A DNA stretch of 64,000 nucleotides from Rebecca billardiae RCC1528 (lineage: Eukaryota; Protista; Haptophyta). Shown piece after piece: positions 38,569 through 51,159 of this stretch; position 1 is the first letter of the stretch, and every line of letters starts with the position of its first letter. The stretch covers positions 806,001-870,000 of the forward strand of contig OZ251246.1 in the NCBI GenBank assembly GCA_965240325.2, in the 5' to 3' direction. The position numbers and the translations under genes are program-made. A model generated the notes under the pieces. It saw only the letters and a program-made list of their open reading frames with translations, was not told the DNA's origin and searched no databases.

Positions 38569-38883
38569 TAACGACGTGGTATGCAACGGGCAGGCGTCAG
38601 AGTCAGCAAGTTGTAGCAGCAGATCGAGCAGCAGAGACAAACACCAGGATCAGCGCTCCTCGCCGTCGTCCCCCCCCTCGTAGTCGGTAAGTCGCCCATC
38701 GATCACTCCATCGCCGAGCGGATTGCGGAAGCTCGACGCACCGTGACCGTCTGGCGTCGACGCGCGCGCGCCACCGCGGTGGTCGCGGTGCCACGCGTCG
38801 TCAGCCGTCGTCTCGAAGTAGTATCGTCGTATGCAGCGCCCCCGCAGCGGGCGCGTGCCCCCGGGCACACGTGCGCCATGCGC
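38568..38883 (-). mobile_element. 5'-truncated copy of the CRE-like LINE 3' end
   Basis: Aligns to 56565-56855; ends at (TA)n. Confidence 0.8.
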
Positions 38884-39184
38884 TATATGTCTCATTAATT
38901 ATAATAACGACGACGCACTTTATTATTTAGTAGCAGCAGTTTTATACTACTCTGACGCCTGTCTGACGCGACTGCCGACTACTACGAGTACGACGCGAGT
39001 CCGGCGTCGCAAGCTATTCCAGATGCTCATCAGACATCAGGCGGGTCATGCACATATCGATTATATCGTCGTTCCGCCGCAGTGACTCAGACCTGAAGCA
39101 GGATGTTGACAGACTCTACGGATAATATTAATCGTCGTCAGAGTATACTCAGACTCTCGTGTCGTCGTCGACGTCATGACGAAG

Positions 39185-39188
<4 letters not shown>

Positions 39189-39246
<58 letters not shown>
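39189..39246. repeat. (TA)n microsatellite
   Basis: Seen directly. Confidence 0.97.
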
Positions 39247-40132
<886 letters not shown>

Positions 40133-40224
40133 CATGACGATGTCGATGACGCGCGCTGCATGATGCCGCCGAGCAGCTGAGTCGTCGCAGTGCGCATGCA
40201 GGCGGCGGCACGTATCACTAGTAG

Positions 40225-42845
40225 TCACTTCGCCTCCGCCGCCCCAGCAAGCTTCCCCTTGGCCATCTTGAAGCCCGCCTTGCGCGCGTTCTCAAAGGCG
40301 GGCGTGTTGTCCACGTCCGGGTCGAACGGCTCAGCCCGATACCCCTCAGGGAAGCGCGCCATGTCGCGCACCGGCATGCGCGCGGTGAACGCGCTGTTGG
40401 CCAGCTCGGGCGGAGAGATGGGGTCGCGCGGGTCGTGCGACGCCTTGGCGTCGGAGCCGCCCTCGCCGTAGTTGACCGCGCAGTCCGGCCTGCCCGGGCG
40501 CTTCACGCCGAGCGTGGCCGCGGTGCTCGCCTGGCTCGGCCGCCGCTCCGTGTCCTCGCATTTGCACACAGGCGCCGGCAGCGTGCGGTTCTCGACGAGC
40601 CGCTGCGTGGCCGCGCCGCAGAAGGCGAGCGCGCCGCCCTCCGCCTGCCGGCTGTCGAGCTGCAGCCAGCGCGAGAAGCGCAGCAGCTGCCCGTCCCCCT
40701 CACTCCACAGCTCCGCGCGCAGCAGCGGCTGCGACGCGTCCGCGTACAGGGAGGCGACGTGCTCGAACGTGCGCCCGTCGCGCGGCGGCCAGACGGAGAG
40801 CCAGCGGCCGGCGTGGCACCACTCGTCCAGCATCGCCGAGATTGCATCTCCCTCGCGCACGGCGCACGAGTCGGCGAGCTGCGCCGTGCACCGCGGCGGG
40901 TGCGCCGGGATGGCGCGCGCCGCGAGCTCCTCCGCGGCGGCGGCCGGCGCGGCCGGCGCGTGCTGGGCCCCACCAGGCTGCTGCGCGCAGTACTCGCCGA
41001 GGACGCTCGCCTTCTCCTGCCGGTACTTGGGCTCGAGAGGGTAACTGCCGAGCGGTGGCGCGCGGCGGCGCGCGGCGGCGCGCGGCGGCGCGGCGCGGCA
41101 GCGCGCGGCCGCGTGTGAGGCCAGGCGGGCTGTGCGGCTCGCGGCGCGCGCGCGCAGCGCACGCCGGCAGACACCAGCCAGCTCGAGCGCCCCGCGAGGG
41201 CGGCGCGGCCGCCGCGCGCACCGGCCGACGCCGGCCAGCTCGAGCGCCGAGCGCATCTGCGCGGTCGCGTCGAAGAACTCGGCGTGGAGCGAGCCGACCA
41301 TGAAGCCGTTGGTATTCATCTCGATCACGTGCGCGTGGCCCGACGCGTCGAAGATCATGTCGGGCTGCAGGAGCTGCACGCGCTTGTGCGCGAAGCCGTG
41401 CTCGCACAGGTGCCGGTCCGCGCGCAGCAGCTGCGCACCCAGGGCGGCGCGCGGGCGTCAAGCCAAGCGCGCGGCGCGGACCGCCGCGGCTGCCGCGCTG
41501 CCGCGGGCAACGCGGGGCGGCGCGCGCGGCTGGGCGCGCGCACCGTCCGCCGCGCCATGAGCACGACCTTGAGCAGCGTGACGTACAGCGCCGGGTACAG
41601 CCGCTCGTCCCACTCCGCGTCCGAGCGCAGCGCCGGCTGCAGGTGCGCGCGGAAGAGGGCGCTGTCAGTGGAGGGCGGGTAGGGCTTGACGGTCGCGTCG
41701 CAGACCGGCATGCGGAAGTGCACGCACGCGTCCGAGATCGAGCCGAGATCGGTGGTGTACGGCCGCGTGGCGATCTTGGGGAAGGCGTGGTCGAGCACGT
41801 AGAAGCGCAGCGGGCGCACCGACGTGATCATCGCGAGCACGCGCAGGTCGAACTTGCGGTCCTTCCACAGCAGCGGGGTCGCCAGGTAGTGCTGGATGGT
41901 GAAATCTCCGGTCGGGATGCGCCGCTCCGCCCACGACGCGAACGCGCGGTCGGTGCGCACGTCGTCCGGGCGGAGCGCGACCAGCTTGATCCCCTGCTGC
42001 GAGTACGCCTGGATCGACTTGACGATCCACAGCCTCGGGAAGCCGCCCGTGCGGTTGTGCTCGCGCTCGGCGAACGCGCGCATCGCACCGTACTGCAGCA
42101 GCACAGGGCTGTCTGCGCGCTCGCGGCGCGCGTTGAAGCCCGGGTGCGTGAACGCGCACCAGCGGCGCGTCGCGAGGGTCGGGCGCGCGCCGCCGGGCGG
42201 CCCCGCCCCGTACAGCGTCCGGAAGCACTCCTGCTGCAGCGCGGCGATCGCCGGCTTCTCCCCCACCAGCTGCATCATCAGCGGCAGCGAGGACAGGATG
42301 GCGTCTGCAGGCACACGCGCGCGGCCGAGGCGGCGGGTCATGTACGCCTCGACCGCGTTGAGCGAGTAGCCCCAGTACACGTCGAACGACAGGTCCGCGC
42401 TGGGGCACAGCCCGAGCGCCGTCAGCAGCGGCGCGACCGTGCATAAGAAGTCCTTGCGGTGCGCCACGCGGAAGCGGCGGCACGCCTCCCCAGGCTTCGG
42501 CGGGCGCGGCGCGCGCTGGGTGTCCCAGTACGCCGCGGACGCGCGCTGCGCCTCGAGCAGCGCGGGTGCCGTCGCCGCGCGCTCCGCGCGCCCTGCCTGC
42601 ACCCGGATCCGCGCCAGCCCGGACACGGGCACGGGCGCGGCGCCGCGCCGCTGCGAGGCCAGACCGCTCGCGGCCGCGAGCCGCGCGCTCGAGAAGTGGG
42701 CGGAGCGGTTGCGCGTGCCGCTGGTCGCGTTGGCGTGCGTGATCACGAGCGAGAGCGACGGCCCCCGCGCCCCGCGCGCGAGCAGCCCGTGCCGCTCGAT
42801 CCCGACGAGCACGACCAGCACGGCGGCGCCGAGCGCTGCCCACAT
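40225..42845 (-). CDS. Tubulin-tyrosine-ligase-like (ATP-grasp) protein with N-terminal signal anchor; introns 41543-41431 and probably 41221-41045
   Basis: LWIVKS...[43 protein letters not shown]....VIEMN. Hydrophobic N-terminus [16 protein letters not shown]. Confidence 0.8.
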
Positions 42846-43165
42846 CCGCACCGCCGCGCCGCCGGCGCGCGGCTTGAGCCGCGCGCCGTGCGAGGGCCGG
42901 CCGGTGGCGGGCTGAGGCAGCGCATCGTACGAGTGCCGCGTCGCCGCGTGCATCGCGCGCCCGCGTGCGCGCCCGCGTGCGCGCCCGCCGCCGCGGGCTC
43001 GGTGAAGTGACGCGTCGTTCGTCGTCGGAGGGCCGTCTCACTTTCGGCTTCAATCATCGGCGCGCGGAATCGGACGCCTCTGCTTCTAACCAGTTCTTGA
43101 GTCGCGAGCGGAAAATCAAAGCGGACTCGATTCCACCAGCCGCTTCAGCCGCGTCGTCGCGCAGC

Positions 43166-44590
43166 ATGGCGGAGTACGCCGACGCGCACTTCGCGGAGGC
43201 GGCGCCGCAGCCGCCATCGACGCGGCTCCCCCAAGGGCTGGCGAGGCATCGGTTGCTCCTCGCCATCGCCGTGCTCGGCACGCTCGGCACGCTCGGCTCG
43301 ACCATCCTGCGCAGCGCGCGCGCGGTCGCGGTGCGCGGCGGCGGCAGCTCTGCGCTCGAGAGCGAGCGCTGGGCGTGGGCGCTCGACCGTCCGGCGCGCG
43401 GCCGCGAGGCCGCGCGCGCGGGCGCCGAGCGTGCGAGGGTATCCGACGCGCCGCCCGTCCCCCGCGCCGCCGCCGACGAGGACGACGGCTTCCACTGGGC
43501 GGCCGCGCTCTCGCGCGAGCGCGTCGCAGATTCGAGACCGCTCAACGCCGCGGACCCCGACCGGCGGCCCTCGCGCGGCGCGCGCGGCGGCGCGCCGAGC
43601 GGCGCGCCGAGCGGCGCGCCGAGCGGCGCGGTGGCGGGGAGCGCGGCGCCCGCCTCGCTCCCGCCGCTCGCGCTGCTCATGCACGACTGCTCCGACGCCG
43701 ACTTTGTGCTGCGCGTGCTGCGCGCGCTTGTGGCCAACACGACGAGCGTGCGCGTGCTGCCCGGGCCGGGAGAGAGCCTGCTCGGCGGCGGCGGCGGCGG
43801 CGGCTCCTCGGGCTCGGCGGCGGCGCGCGCGCTGGAGGAGGCGCACGCGCGCGCGAAGGCGGCGAACGCCACGCTCGTCTTCCGCGCGCGCACCTTCGAG
43901 CTCAGCGCGCCCGTCGTCGCTGCGTTTGGCTCGCTGGGCGTGCGCGCCGTGTTCGCGTGGCGCGCCAACGCGCTTGACGAGCTGGTGTGCGCGATCTCAA
44001 ACTGCTTCGCGCTGGTGCTGGAGAAGCGGCTGGGCGCGCCGGTGCGGCTGCTGCCGAACGGCAGCGCGGTGCTCGACGCGGGCTGCGCCGCCGGCGCCGC
44101 CGCGAGCGCCGCCGAGCCGCACGCCGGCGCGCCGGCGCCGCGCGCGCTCGCGCACGTGGGCCCTCACCGGCTGGCAGCCATGCTGGAAGGCAAGCTCAGG
44201 GCGAGCGGCCATGCTGAGCGCGGCCGGCTGGCGCGCAAGGGGGTGCGGGTGCACTGGGAGGCGCCGACGGTGGAGGAGCTCTGCGCGTTCGCGCACGCGC
44301 CGGCCGGCCGTTCGCACGCCGTCGGCGCGGCCCTGGCGCGCAGCGCGGCCGTGTTTGCCGAGCTGCTAGCAGGCTGGGGGTTGCTAGTGCCCGCGCCAAC
44401 TGTCGCGCGCGCGCTCGCGCCGCTCGCCGGCACGCGCGCGCCGCCGCCGAGCCACCGCGAGGTGATCCACAACTACGACGAGGTGTGGCGCGCACTGCAG
44501 CTCGGCCCCAGCAGCGTGCGCGCGCTGCTGCGCGCGACGCCGCCGCCGCAGCAGCAGCAGGCGTCGTCGCTTGCCATCAAGGTGAAGTAG
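43166..44590 (+). CDS. Type II membrane protein, sulfotransferase-like (Stf0-type, degenerate)
   Basis: TM segment LLLAIAVLGTLGTLG; LLMHDCSDADFV (PSB-loop position); WRANALDELVC; C-terminal H.EVIHNYDEVW.AL. Confidence 0.5.
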   Translation: MAEYADAHFAEAAPQPPSTRLPQGLARHRLLLAIAVLGTLGTLGSTILRSARAVAVRGGGSSALESERWAWALDRPARGREAARAGAERARVSDAPPVPRAAADEDDGFHWAAALSRERVADSRPLNAADPDRRPSRGARGGAPSGAPSGAPSGAVAGSAAPASLPPLALLMHDCSDADFVLRVLRALVANTTSVRVLPGPGESLLGGGGGGGSSGSAAARALEEAHARAKAANATLVFRARTFELSAPVVAAFGSLGVRAVFAWRANALDELVCAISNCFALVLEKRLGAPVRLLPNGSAVLDAGCAAGAAASAAEPHAGAPAPRALAHVGPHRLAAMLEGKLRASGHAERGRLARKGVRVHWEAPTVEELCAFAHAPAGRSHAVGAALARSAAVFAELLAGWGLLVPAPTVARALAPLAGTRAPPPSHREVIHNYDEVWRALQLGPSSVRALLRATPPPQQQQASSLAIKVK

Positions 44591-44758
44591 GCGTGGCTCA
44601 GCCTTGCATGCGCTGCGCAGCAGTCCGGAAGCGATGAACAGTGTCCGGAACAAGCCAGCAAACCGGCATTCCGCAAGGGCAGCCGCGCGCGCGTGCGAGA
44701 CGGGCCGCGTCCCGACGAGAGCGCGCACGCTCGGCAAGACATCGACCGCTCCGACAAC

Positions 44759-46367
44759 ATGGCGCACGTGGAGAGCGACGAGGCGATTGACGCGGCGGTC
44801 ACCGCAGTGGTCGCGGAAGCGTTACGCGCCGCGCTCGCGCAACACGAGGCATCGGCAGCCACGCCACCGCCGCCGGCGGGCACCGCTGCGCCGCTGGGCG
44901 CGCAGGGAGCACGTGCGTGCGCGACAGCGGCGGCCGGCGCGCCGCCCGCCGCCAAGGCGCAGGACTCGCCGCCTCGCGGCGGTGGCGCGACAGCTGCGGT
45001 GGCGCGAGCGACCCGCACCGTTGCAGAGCCCACGGGCCCCACGGACCCCGCCGCAGCCCCCTTCACCTTCGGGGCCGGCGCAGCTGCCGCCATCCCGCCC
45101 GCCACCGCCCCGCGCACTGGCTTGACCGGCGCGGCTGCCGCCGTCCCGCCCGCCACCGTCCCGTCCTCCGCCGCCGCGACGGCCGCCGCCGAGGAGCGAC
45201 AGTGGGCGGACGCGATCGAGGCACACCTGCGCAAGGCGAGCGCGCCGGTGCCGCTCGTGATGCTCGGCACGGCGGTCAAGCGCCCGCCCAACGCGCGGCA
45301 CGGGCTCAAGACGATGCTCAAGGCGCGGCCCGACCGCTTCCGGCTTGTCGGCAGCGGCCCATTGGGCTGCGCCGAGCTGGCTGACGCGCCGCCGCCGTCG
45401 GCGCCAGCGCCGGGCGCGACGCCGCCGGGCGCGGCGCCGGGCGGCGCGGCGGCCCTCTCGGCCGTCGAGCGCAGCTGGTCAGACGCGATCGAGGCCCACC
45501 TGCGCGCCGCCGCCCCGGCGGAGCCGCTGCCCCTCACGCGCATCGGGGACACTCTGCCGCGGCCCGCGGGCGCGAGGGCTGTGCGCTCGCTCATCGTGGC
45601 GCAGCCCGCGCGCTTCGAGCTGTGCATGCGCGGCAAGACGGAGTGCGTCGCGCTGCCGCGCGGCGGCGGCGCCATCGCCGCCGCCACCGTCGAGCCGCCG
45701 CCCGCGCCGCCCCCGACTGCGCGCGCGCCCTCTCTCTCAGCCGTCGAGCGGCGCTGGTCCGAGCAGCTCGAGGCGAGGCTGCGCGCCGCGGCCGGTCCGG
45801 TGTACATGGCGGAGCTGGCGAGCACCGTGCCCCCGCCCGGACCGACGCCGATGCGGCTGAAGGCGCTGCTCGCCTGCCAGCCCCACCGCTTCCGGCTGAG
45901 CGCCGCGGCCGCCCCCGGGCGCGGCCAGTCCGTCGAGATTGCATCTGAACCGCCGCCGCCGCCGCCGCCGTTGCCGCCGCCCCAGCTTGCACTGCCCGGG
46001 GCGGAGGGCTCGGCCGCGCGGCAGAAGGGCGCGCCCGCGCCTCCCGCGTCGCCCAGCGTGTCGCTCGACGAGCTGCTGCTCGACCGAGCTCACCCAGGCG
46101 CGTCGCCGCCGCCGCTGGGCGTGCCCGCCCCCGCGTCGGCGTCCAAGCTCAAGCAACCGGTGCCGGCGTTGGCGCCGCACGCTGTGGGCGCGCAGCCGGG
46201 CGCGGCGGGTGCGCGCAGCGCGGCGGCAGGCCCCGTCGGCCCCGTCGGCGGCGGCGGCGGCGCAGCCGTGCGCGTCCTGCGCACGCCGGCCGATGTGGAG
46301 AAGACGGTCGACTCGATCCTGCGCGACGCGGCGCAGCAGCAGCCGCGGCAGCAGCATACGGCGGTGC

Positions 46368-46400
<33 letters not shown>

Positions 46401-48163
46401 TGTCGACCATGGTCGCTCTCAAGTGCGTGCCCAGTGGGAGCGGCGACGGGCTGGAGTGGATTGGCCTCGGGCTGCCCGGCGGCGTGGTGGCGCTCGTGGA
46501 CACACACAGCCTGGGCACGGCGCGCGCGTGCCAGCTGCTTTGGCCACTCCTGTCTTCGCCCCTCGTCGTCAAGCTGGCACACGGCGCGCACGAGGACGCG
46601 GCGCTGCTGGTCGAGCACGCGGGCGTGATTCCGGTGCACGTGCTGGACTCCATGCTGGTGGCGGAGATGCTGGGGGGCGGGCTGCGCCCGTCGCTGGCCG
46701 AGTTCACGCGGCTGCTCGGCTGCGGCGAGGCGGAGGCGGAGGGCGCGGAGCAGCACGACGAGCCACGCACGCCGCGCGCCGTCGCGGGCTGGGTGCGCGA
46801 GCTCGCGGCGGCCGCGCCGGCGCTGCGTGACGCGCTCGCGTCATCTGCGCAGTCGAGCGCCGCCGCGGCCGGCGGCGCGCGCGAGGTGGCGCGGGTGCTG
46901 AGCGAGGCGAGCGAGGAGCGCGTGCTGCGCGCCGCCGCGCACGGCTCGTCCGAGCTGGGCGCCGCATTCGACCCCTCGCAGGGCTTTGCCCTCGGCAGCG
47001 CAACGTTGCTCAGCAGGTTGCCCCCGCCGCCCGGCGCGCCGCGGCCGCCGCCGCCGCTGCCGCCGCAGCCGGTCACGGGCGCGATCGGCGACCTGGCTCA
47101 CGCGCTGCCGCCGCAGCTGGCGCGCGACCTGGCCAACGCCGAGCGCTCCGGCGCTGGGCCGGTCCTGCACCTGACGCTGAGCGCCGGGCTCCCGCCGCTC
47201 GCGTGGACCGCGCGCGGCCGCGCGCCCCTCTCTGCGCGCCTCGCGTCCTCGCCGGTCTCGCGCGCCGAGCTGGAGGCGACCGCGGCCGCTCTGGGCGGCT
47301 TCGATGCGTCGGGCTGCGCGCGGCTCGACGGCAGCGTGCACCGCGTCACCGCGGTGCGCGCCGCGGACGAGCGGCGCTCGATCGCGGCGGTGAGCGTGTC
47401 CGTACGCCAGGTGTCGCCCGGCTGCGCGGGCGCGCTTGCCGACCTACTCCTTGGCGGAGACGAAGCGTCGATCCTCGTCCTCGGCGCGGCGGGCGCGGGG
47501 CGGAGCAGCCTGCTGCGTGACTGCGCGCGCGAGCTCGCGTCGCGCGCGCTCCGCGTCGTCGCGATCGACTCGCACGGCGCGCTCGGCGGCGACGGCGTCG
47601 TCGCGCACGTCGCGCTGGGCGAGGCGGTGCGCGTGCCGGTACTGCCGGAGGCGTCGCAGGCGGAGCTGATCGAGGACGTGCTGCGCTCGCACGCGCCGCA
47701 CGCGATCGTCGTCGACGAGCTGCACGGCGGGCAGACGGAGGTGGGCGCGCTGCGCCGGGCGCGCGCGCGCGGCGTGCGCGTGCTCGCGGGCGCGCTCGGC
47801 ACGCTCGGCGGCGCGCTCGCCGCCGGCGCGCGGCACGGCGGCGCGCACGCCACCGCCGTGAGCGAGTTCGCTCTGGAGCCCGCCGCGGCCGTCCTCCGCC
47901 TCGTCGACGCCGCCGTCCAGGTCGAGCCGGAGCCGGACGACGACGGCAGCCGCACCGCCGGGCCGCGCGCGCGGCAGCTGCTCGTCGTGCCGGACGTGCG
48001 CGCGGCCATCTCGGCCGTGCGCGCGGGCCGGCCGCGCAGCGTGCAGCTCAGGCGGCTCGGGCCGCCGGACGCGCCCGCGTCCGCGGGCGCCGTGTTCGTG
48101 CGCTGGGTGCCGCTGGCGCTGCCGGACGTCGAGGACGACGAGGCCGACGACGAGCGCTACTGA
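44759..48163 (+). CDS. Fusion of three winged-helix (LOTUS/Egalitarian-like) repeats, a degenerate DEDDy 3'-5' exonuclease and a Ycf45/SpoIIIAA-like AAA domain
   Basis: Three W...IEAHLR...L..L...P.RF.L repeats; VKLAH..HEDAALL...HVLDS; LDGSVHRVTAVR, SILVLGAAGAGRSSLLRDCAR, H.PHAIVVDEL. Confidence 0.7.
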
Positions 48164-49796
48164 GTGCCGAGTGCTGCTCCTACCTACGCTTCGCACGTAC
48201 GTCTTACTCATGTCCACGTCCGTTTCAGCCCCGAGCAGCAGCGCGGCTGTGGCACCGCCTGCCGCCTCGCCCGAATACTGTTACGACGTGCGGCCCTTAT
48301 TTATTCGTTCGTGTCGTATATGGCGGGCCGTAGGTCCGCCCCTTGTAGTGCCCGGGAAAAAGATAAGAAAAAGAAAAGGAAAAAAAGAAAATCGCCTCGC
48401 AAAGAAAAGAAAATCGCCTCGCTCACTGCCGGGTCGCTTCGCTCACTACCGGGCGCCCTCGCAGCTCCCACTGGGGACGCTCGGCCGAAAACCATATGGC
48501 GCCTGGCGCGGAGCGCGTGGGCCGCGCGCGCCGAATCCAACGCCGGCGCGGACATCGCGCGGGGATTCACGAACGGTGTTTTCGCCCGATTCGCGATTGC
48601 TGCCCTCGTCGTCTCGCGTGCAGGTCGAACGGGCGCTAAATCGACGCGTTTGGAGCGGTACGCTCGGCGCGTCGACACGATCGTGCGACCTGGGGCGATC
48701 CTCGCCCGACGTGCACGTCGAACGCTCGCACCGGCCATAGCATCAAGCGCTGCGCACGATGGCCGCCTCGCTCGATTCACCGTCGCGCGTCGGGCTCGGT
48801 GCGGAACGGCCCTCATCACGAGGCGTCTCGCGGGCGGGAAGCGCCATCGCACGCGACGCAAGATTTGGCGCGGCCTTCTGAACACCATAACCGGAATCCA
48901 CACACCGGACTGTCGCGTGCCCCGGTCCTTGGCAAGGTCGGGCGCATGCAAATCCGTTTGCTACGATCGGTGGTGTTCCTCGCGAGCTCGCGGGCAAAGA
49001 TCGCTCGGCGCTCGAGGGCCCACGTCCGGCCTGCATGGCGCCGACGGTGACCAATGCGACGGAGGGGCAGCGCAAAGCGGCGTACGACGCGCACCGCACG
49101 CACCTCCCGGGTTTGCAGCCGTGGAAGGAACCGCGTCTTGGCGAGTCGGCGGCCCTCGTCGCACTGAGCGCTATGACCGATCCCAGAGGCGCATCCGCGA
49201 CGAGCTGAAACGCCGAGCGTGCAACATTGTCGCCCCATCCTCCACCATGTCACGAGCGCTGCGGGACGAGGCCGACGTCGTGAAGCCAGTGGCACGTGCG
49301 CTGCGCTTCCTGTGCCTGCTCGAGCAGCGCGTGCCCACCCTCGATCGCGAGTGGCACACGCTCTCGCACTGCGCGCGCGCGCACCGCACTTCCAGACGAC
49401 CTAAACAAATGAAACATGACATCACACTCCGCCACCACTGTTTAGCTCCGAGGACATTGAACCGTCACCGTCAGGCGTCACAAGCAAGCCGCCGTCGCAC
49501 GCCAATCAGTTGGCAGTGCGTGCGCGCAGTCGACGGCTCGGCACCCGGGACTTGACGAGTAGCGCCGAGTGGGTGCACGAATAAATAACACGCGCAATCA
49601 CACTGTCGGTGAGATCACCAGAGTCATCTGTCGCGTTATTATTCGTCAGTGAGTCAGGTAGCTCACCATCATCTGTGTGTCGCATTGTTATTCGTCATCC
49701 TGCCCGTCAAACCGCTAAATAAAAGGCGCGAACCCGCTGGGGAAATATTGCGACAGCACTGGCACGGCCCGCCGACCCCCCCGCCCGCCAGGGCAG

Positions 49797-49927
<131 letters not shown>

Positions 49928-50532
49928 GTGGCGTTATAGGGAACCTATAACTGAGTGTCTACTGTCTATGAGCGACGCCAAGAATCCGGCTCGCACGGCA
50001 TTCCTGCGTTGTCCTGTGCGCACCGCCGCGCGCAGGAGTCCTGGTGCGCTGCCACTATCTGGCCCACAGCGGCGCACCTGCAGGACTCGGTTGGTTACCG
50101 CTCACATCGGATCGATCAGGCTTCGCTCTCGGGGGCGCCATGGGGCTGCTCACGACGAAGGCGCCGAGCTGGGCGAGGGAATCGCCTGCATCGGGCACTG
50201 CCGGGTGCACGCTCCGCTGCAGGAGGTGCACCGCAGTCGCCGCAGCCCCTCTGCTCGGTAAGGTCGCTGGCTGTCTGTGTGGCCCGGCTCCCCGCCTGAT
50301 CGTGACTCGCGGGCGCCCTCTCGACCTCGGGCACTCGGCAGCTCAACCGCCACGCCGCTGCCAGCGCCCGCTGTCGTTCGTTGCTCAAATCCCAACATAG
50401 CTAACCTGATCGTTCCATGATTGATCATTGTGGTCTGTCTACTCCACGACGCCGCGCGCCGCGACCATCCAGCTCCAGAGTCCATTCGTACCCGACGCCT
50501 TGTACGAGCCGGGCATGGCGGAGTGGCTAGAC
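49928..50532 (+). mobile_element. SDR-type element remnant, family 3
   Basis: Starts GTGGCGTTATAGGGAACCTATAACTGAGTGTCT; ends GGCTAGAC|ATAT like the family 2 B end. Confidence 0.75.
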
Positions 50533-50544
50533 ATATATATATAT

Positions 50545-51144
50545 GTGGCGTTATAACGGAGTTATAACCGAGTGTGTCGGGAGGCTGGAAAGGCAACGCG
50601 CAGCTGGTGGACAAGGGCCGCCATCGTCTTCTAGGTCCTGCAGGTAGTTGCAGTCGATTTCCGGAGCTCATCGGCCACGGAGCTATCCTTTATCATCATC
50701 ATGGCGGGCGCTGGTCCTTTCATATCGGCCAACCACACTGGCTCCTCTGTAAGTACCCGCTCCTCTCCACTATCCGGCGCTCGAGATCATATACAAGGTC
50801 ATCTTAAGTCGGCGTGGCAACTTACCAAAGTTCATATCAAGCAGCCCACCTAGCAGAGCTCGCTCGATCATCGGTTACACGACCTTTCGGGCCGAGCTGC
50901 TCATCTCTCGGCAGCCCCTGCTTCGGCCTGCGCATCTGCAAAGCCCGAGGTCCCGCCATCTCCTCTGCGTTCTTTGCTTGTGCTCGTTGTTTATACATCA
51001 CCATTTCGGCATGGTGTGTATCGGCATTTGCTGCATGCTCGCATATATGCTGCAATACCTGCCCTCGCATGCACATCACGCAGACTGTGGGTGATGTTCG
51101 TCCATACTCAATGGCGTCGCGTCGCTCTTCATGCAGGAGGACAC
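50545..51144 (+). mobile_element. Family 1 A+B deletion derivative
   Basis: 50545-50989 = repeat A; 50990-51144 = 3' part of repeat B; ATAT flanks. Confidence 0.9.
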
Positions 51145-51159
51145 ATATATCAAGGGAGT

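Noticed and set aside
48164-49555. 463-aa ORF
   Set aside because: No recognisable motif, non-ATG start and codon usage unlike the neighbouring genes; possibly promoter or decayed sequence.
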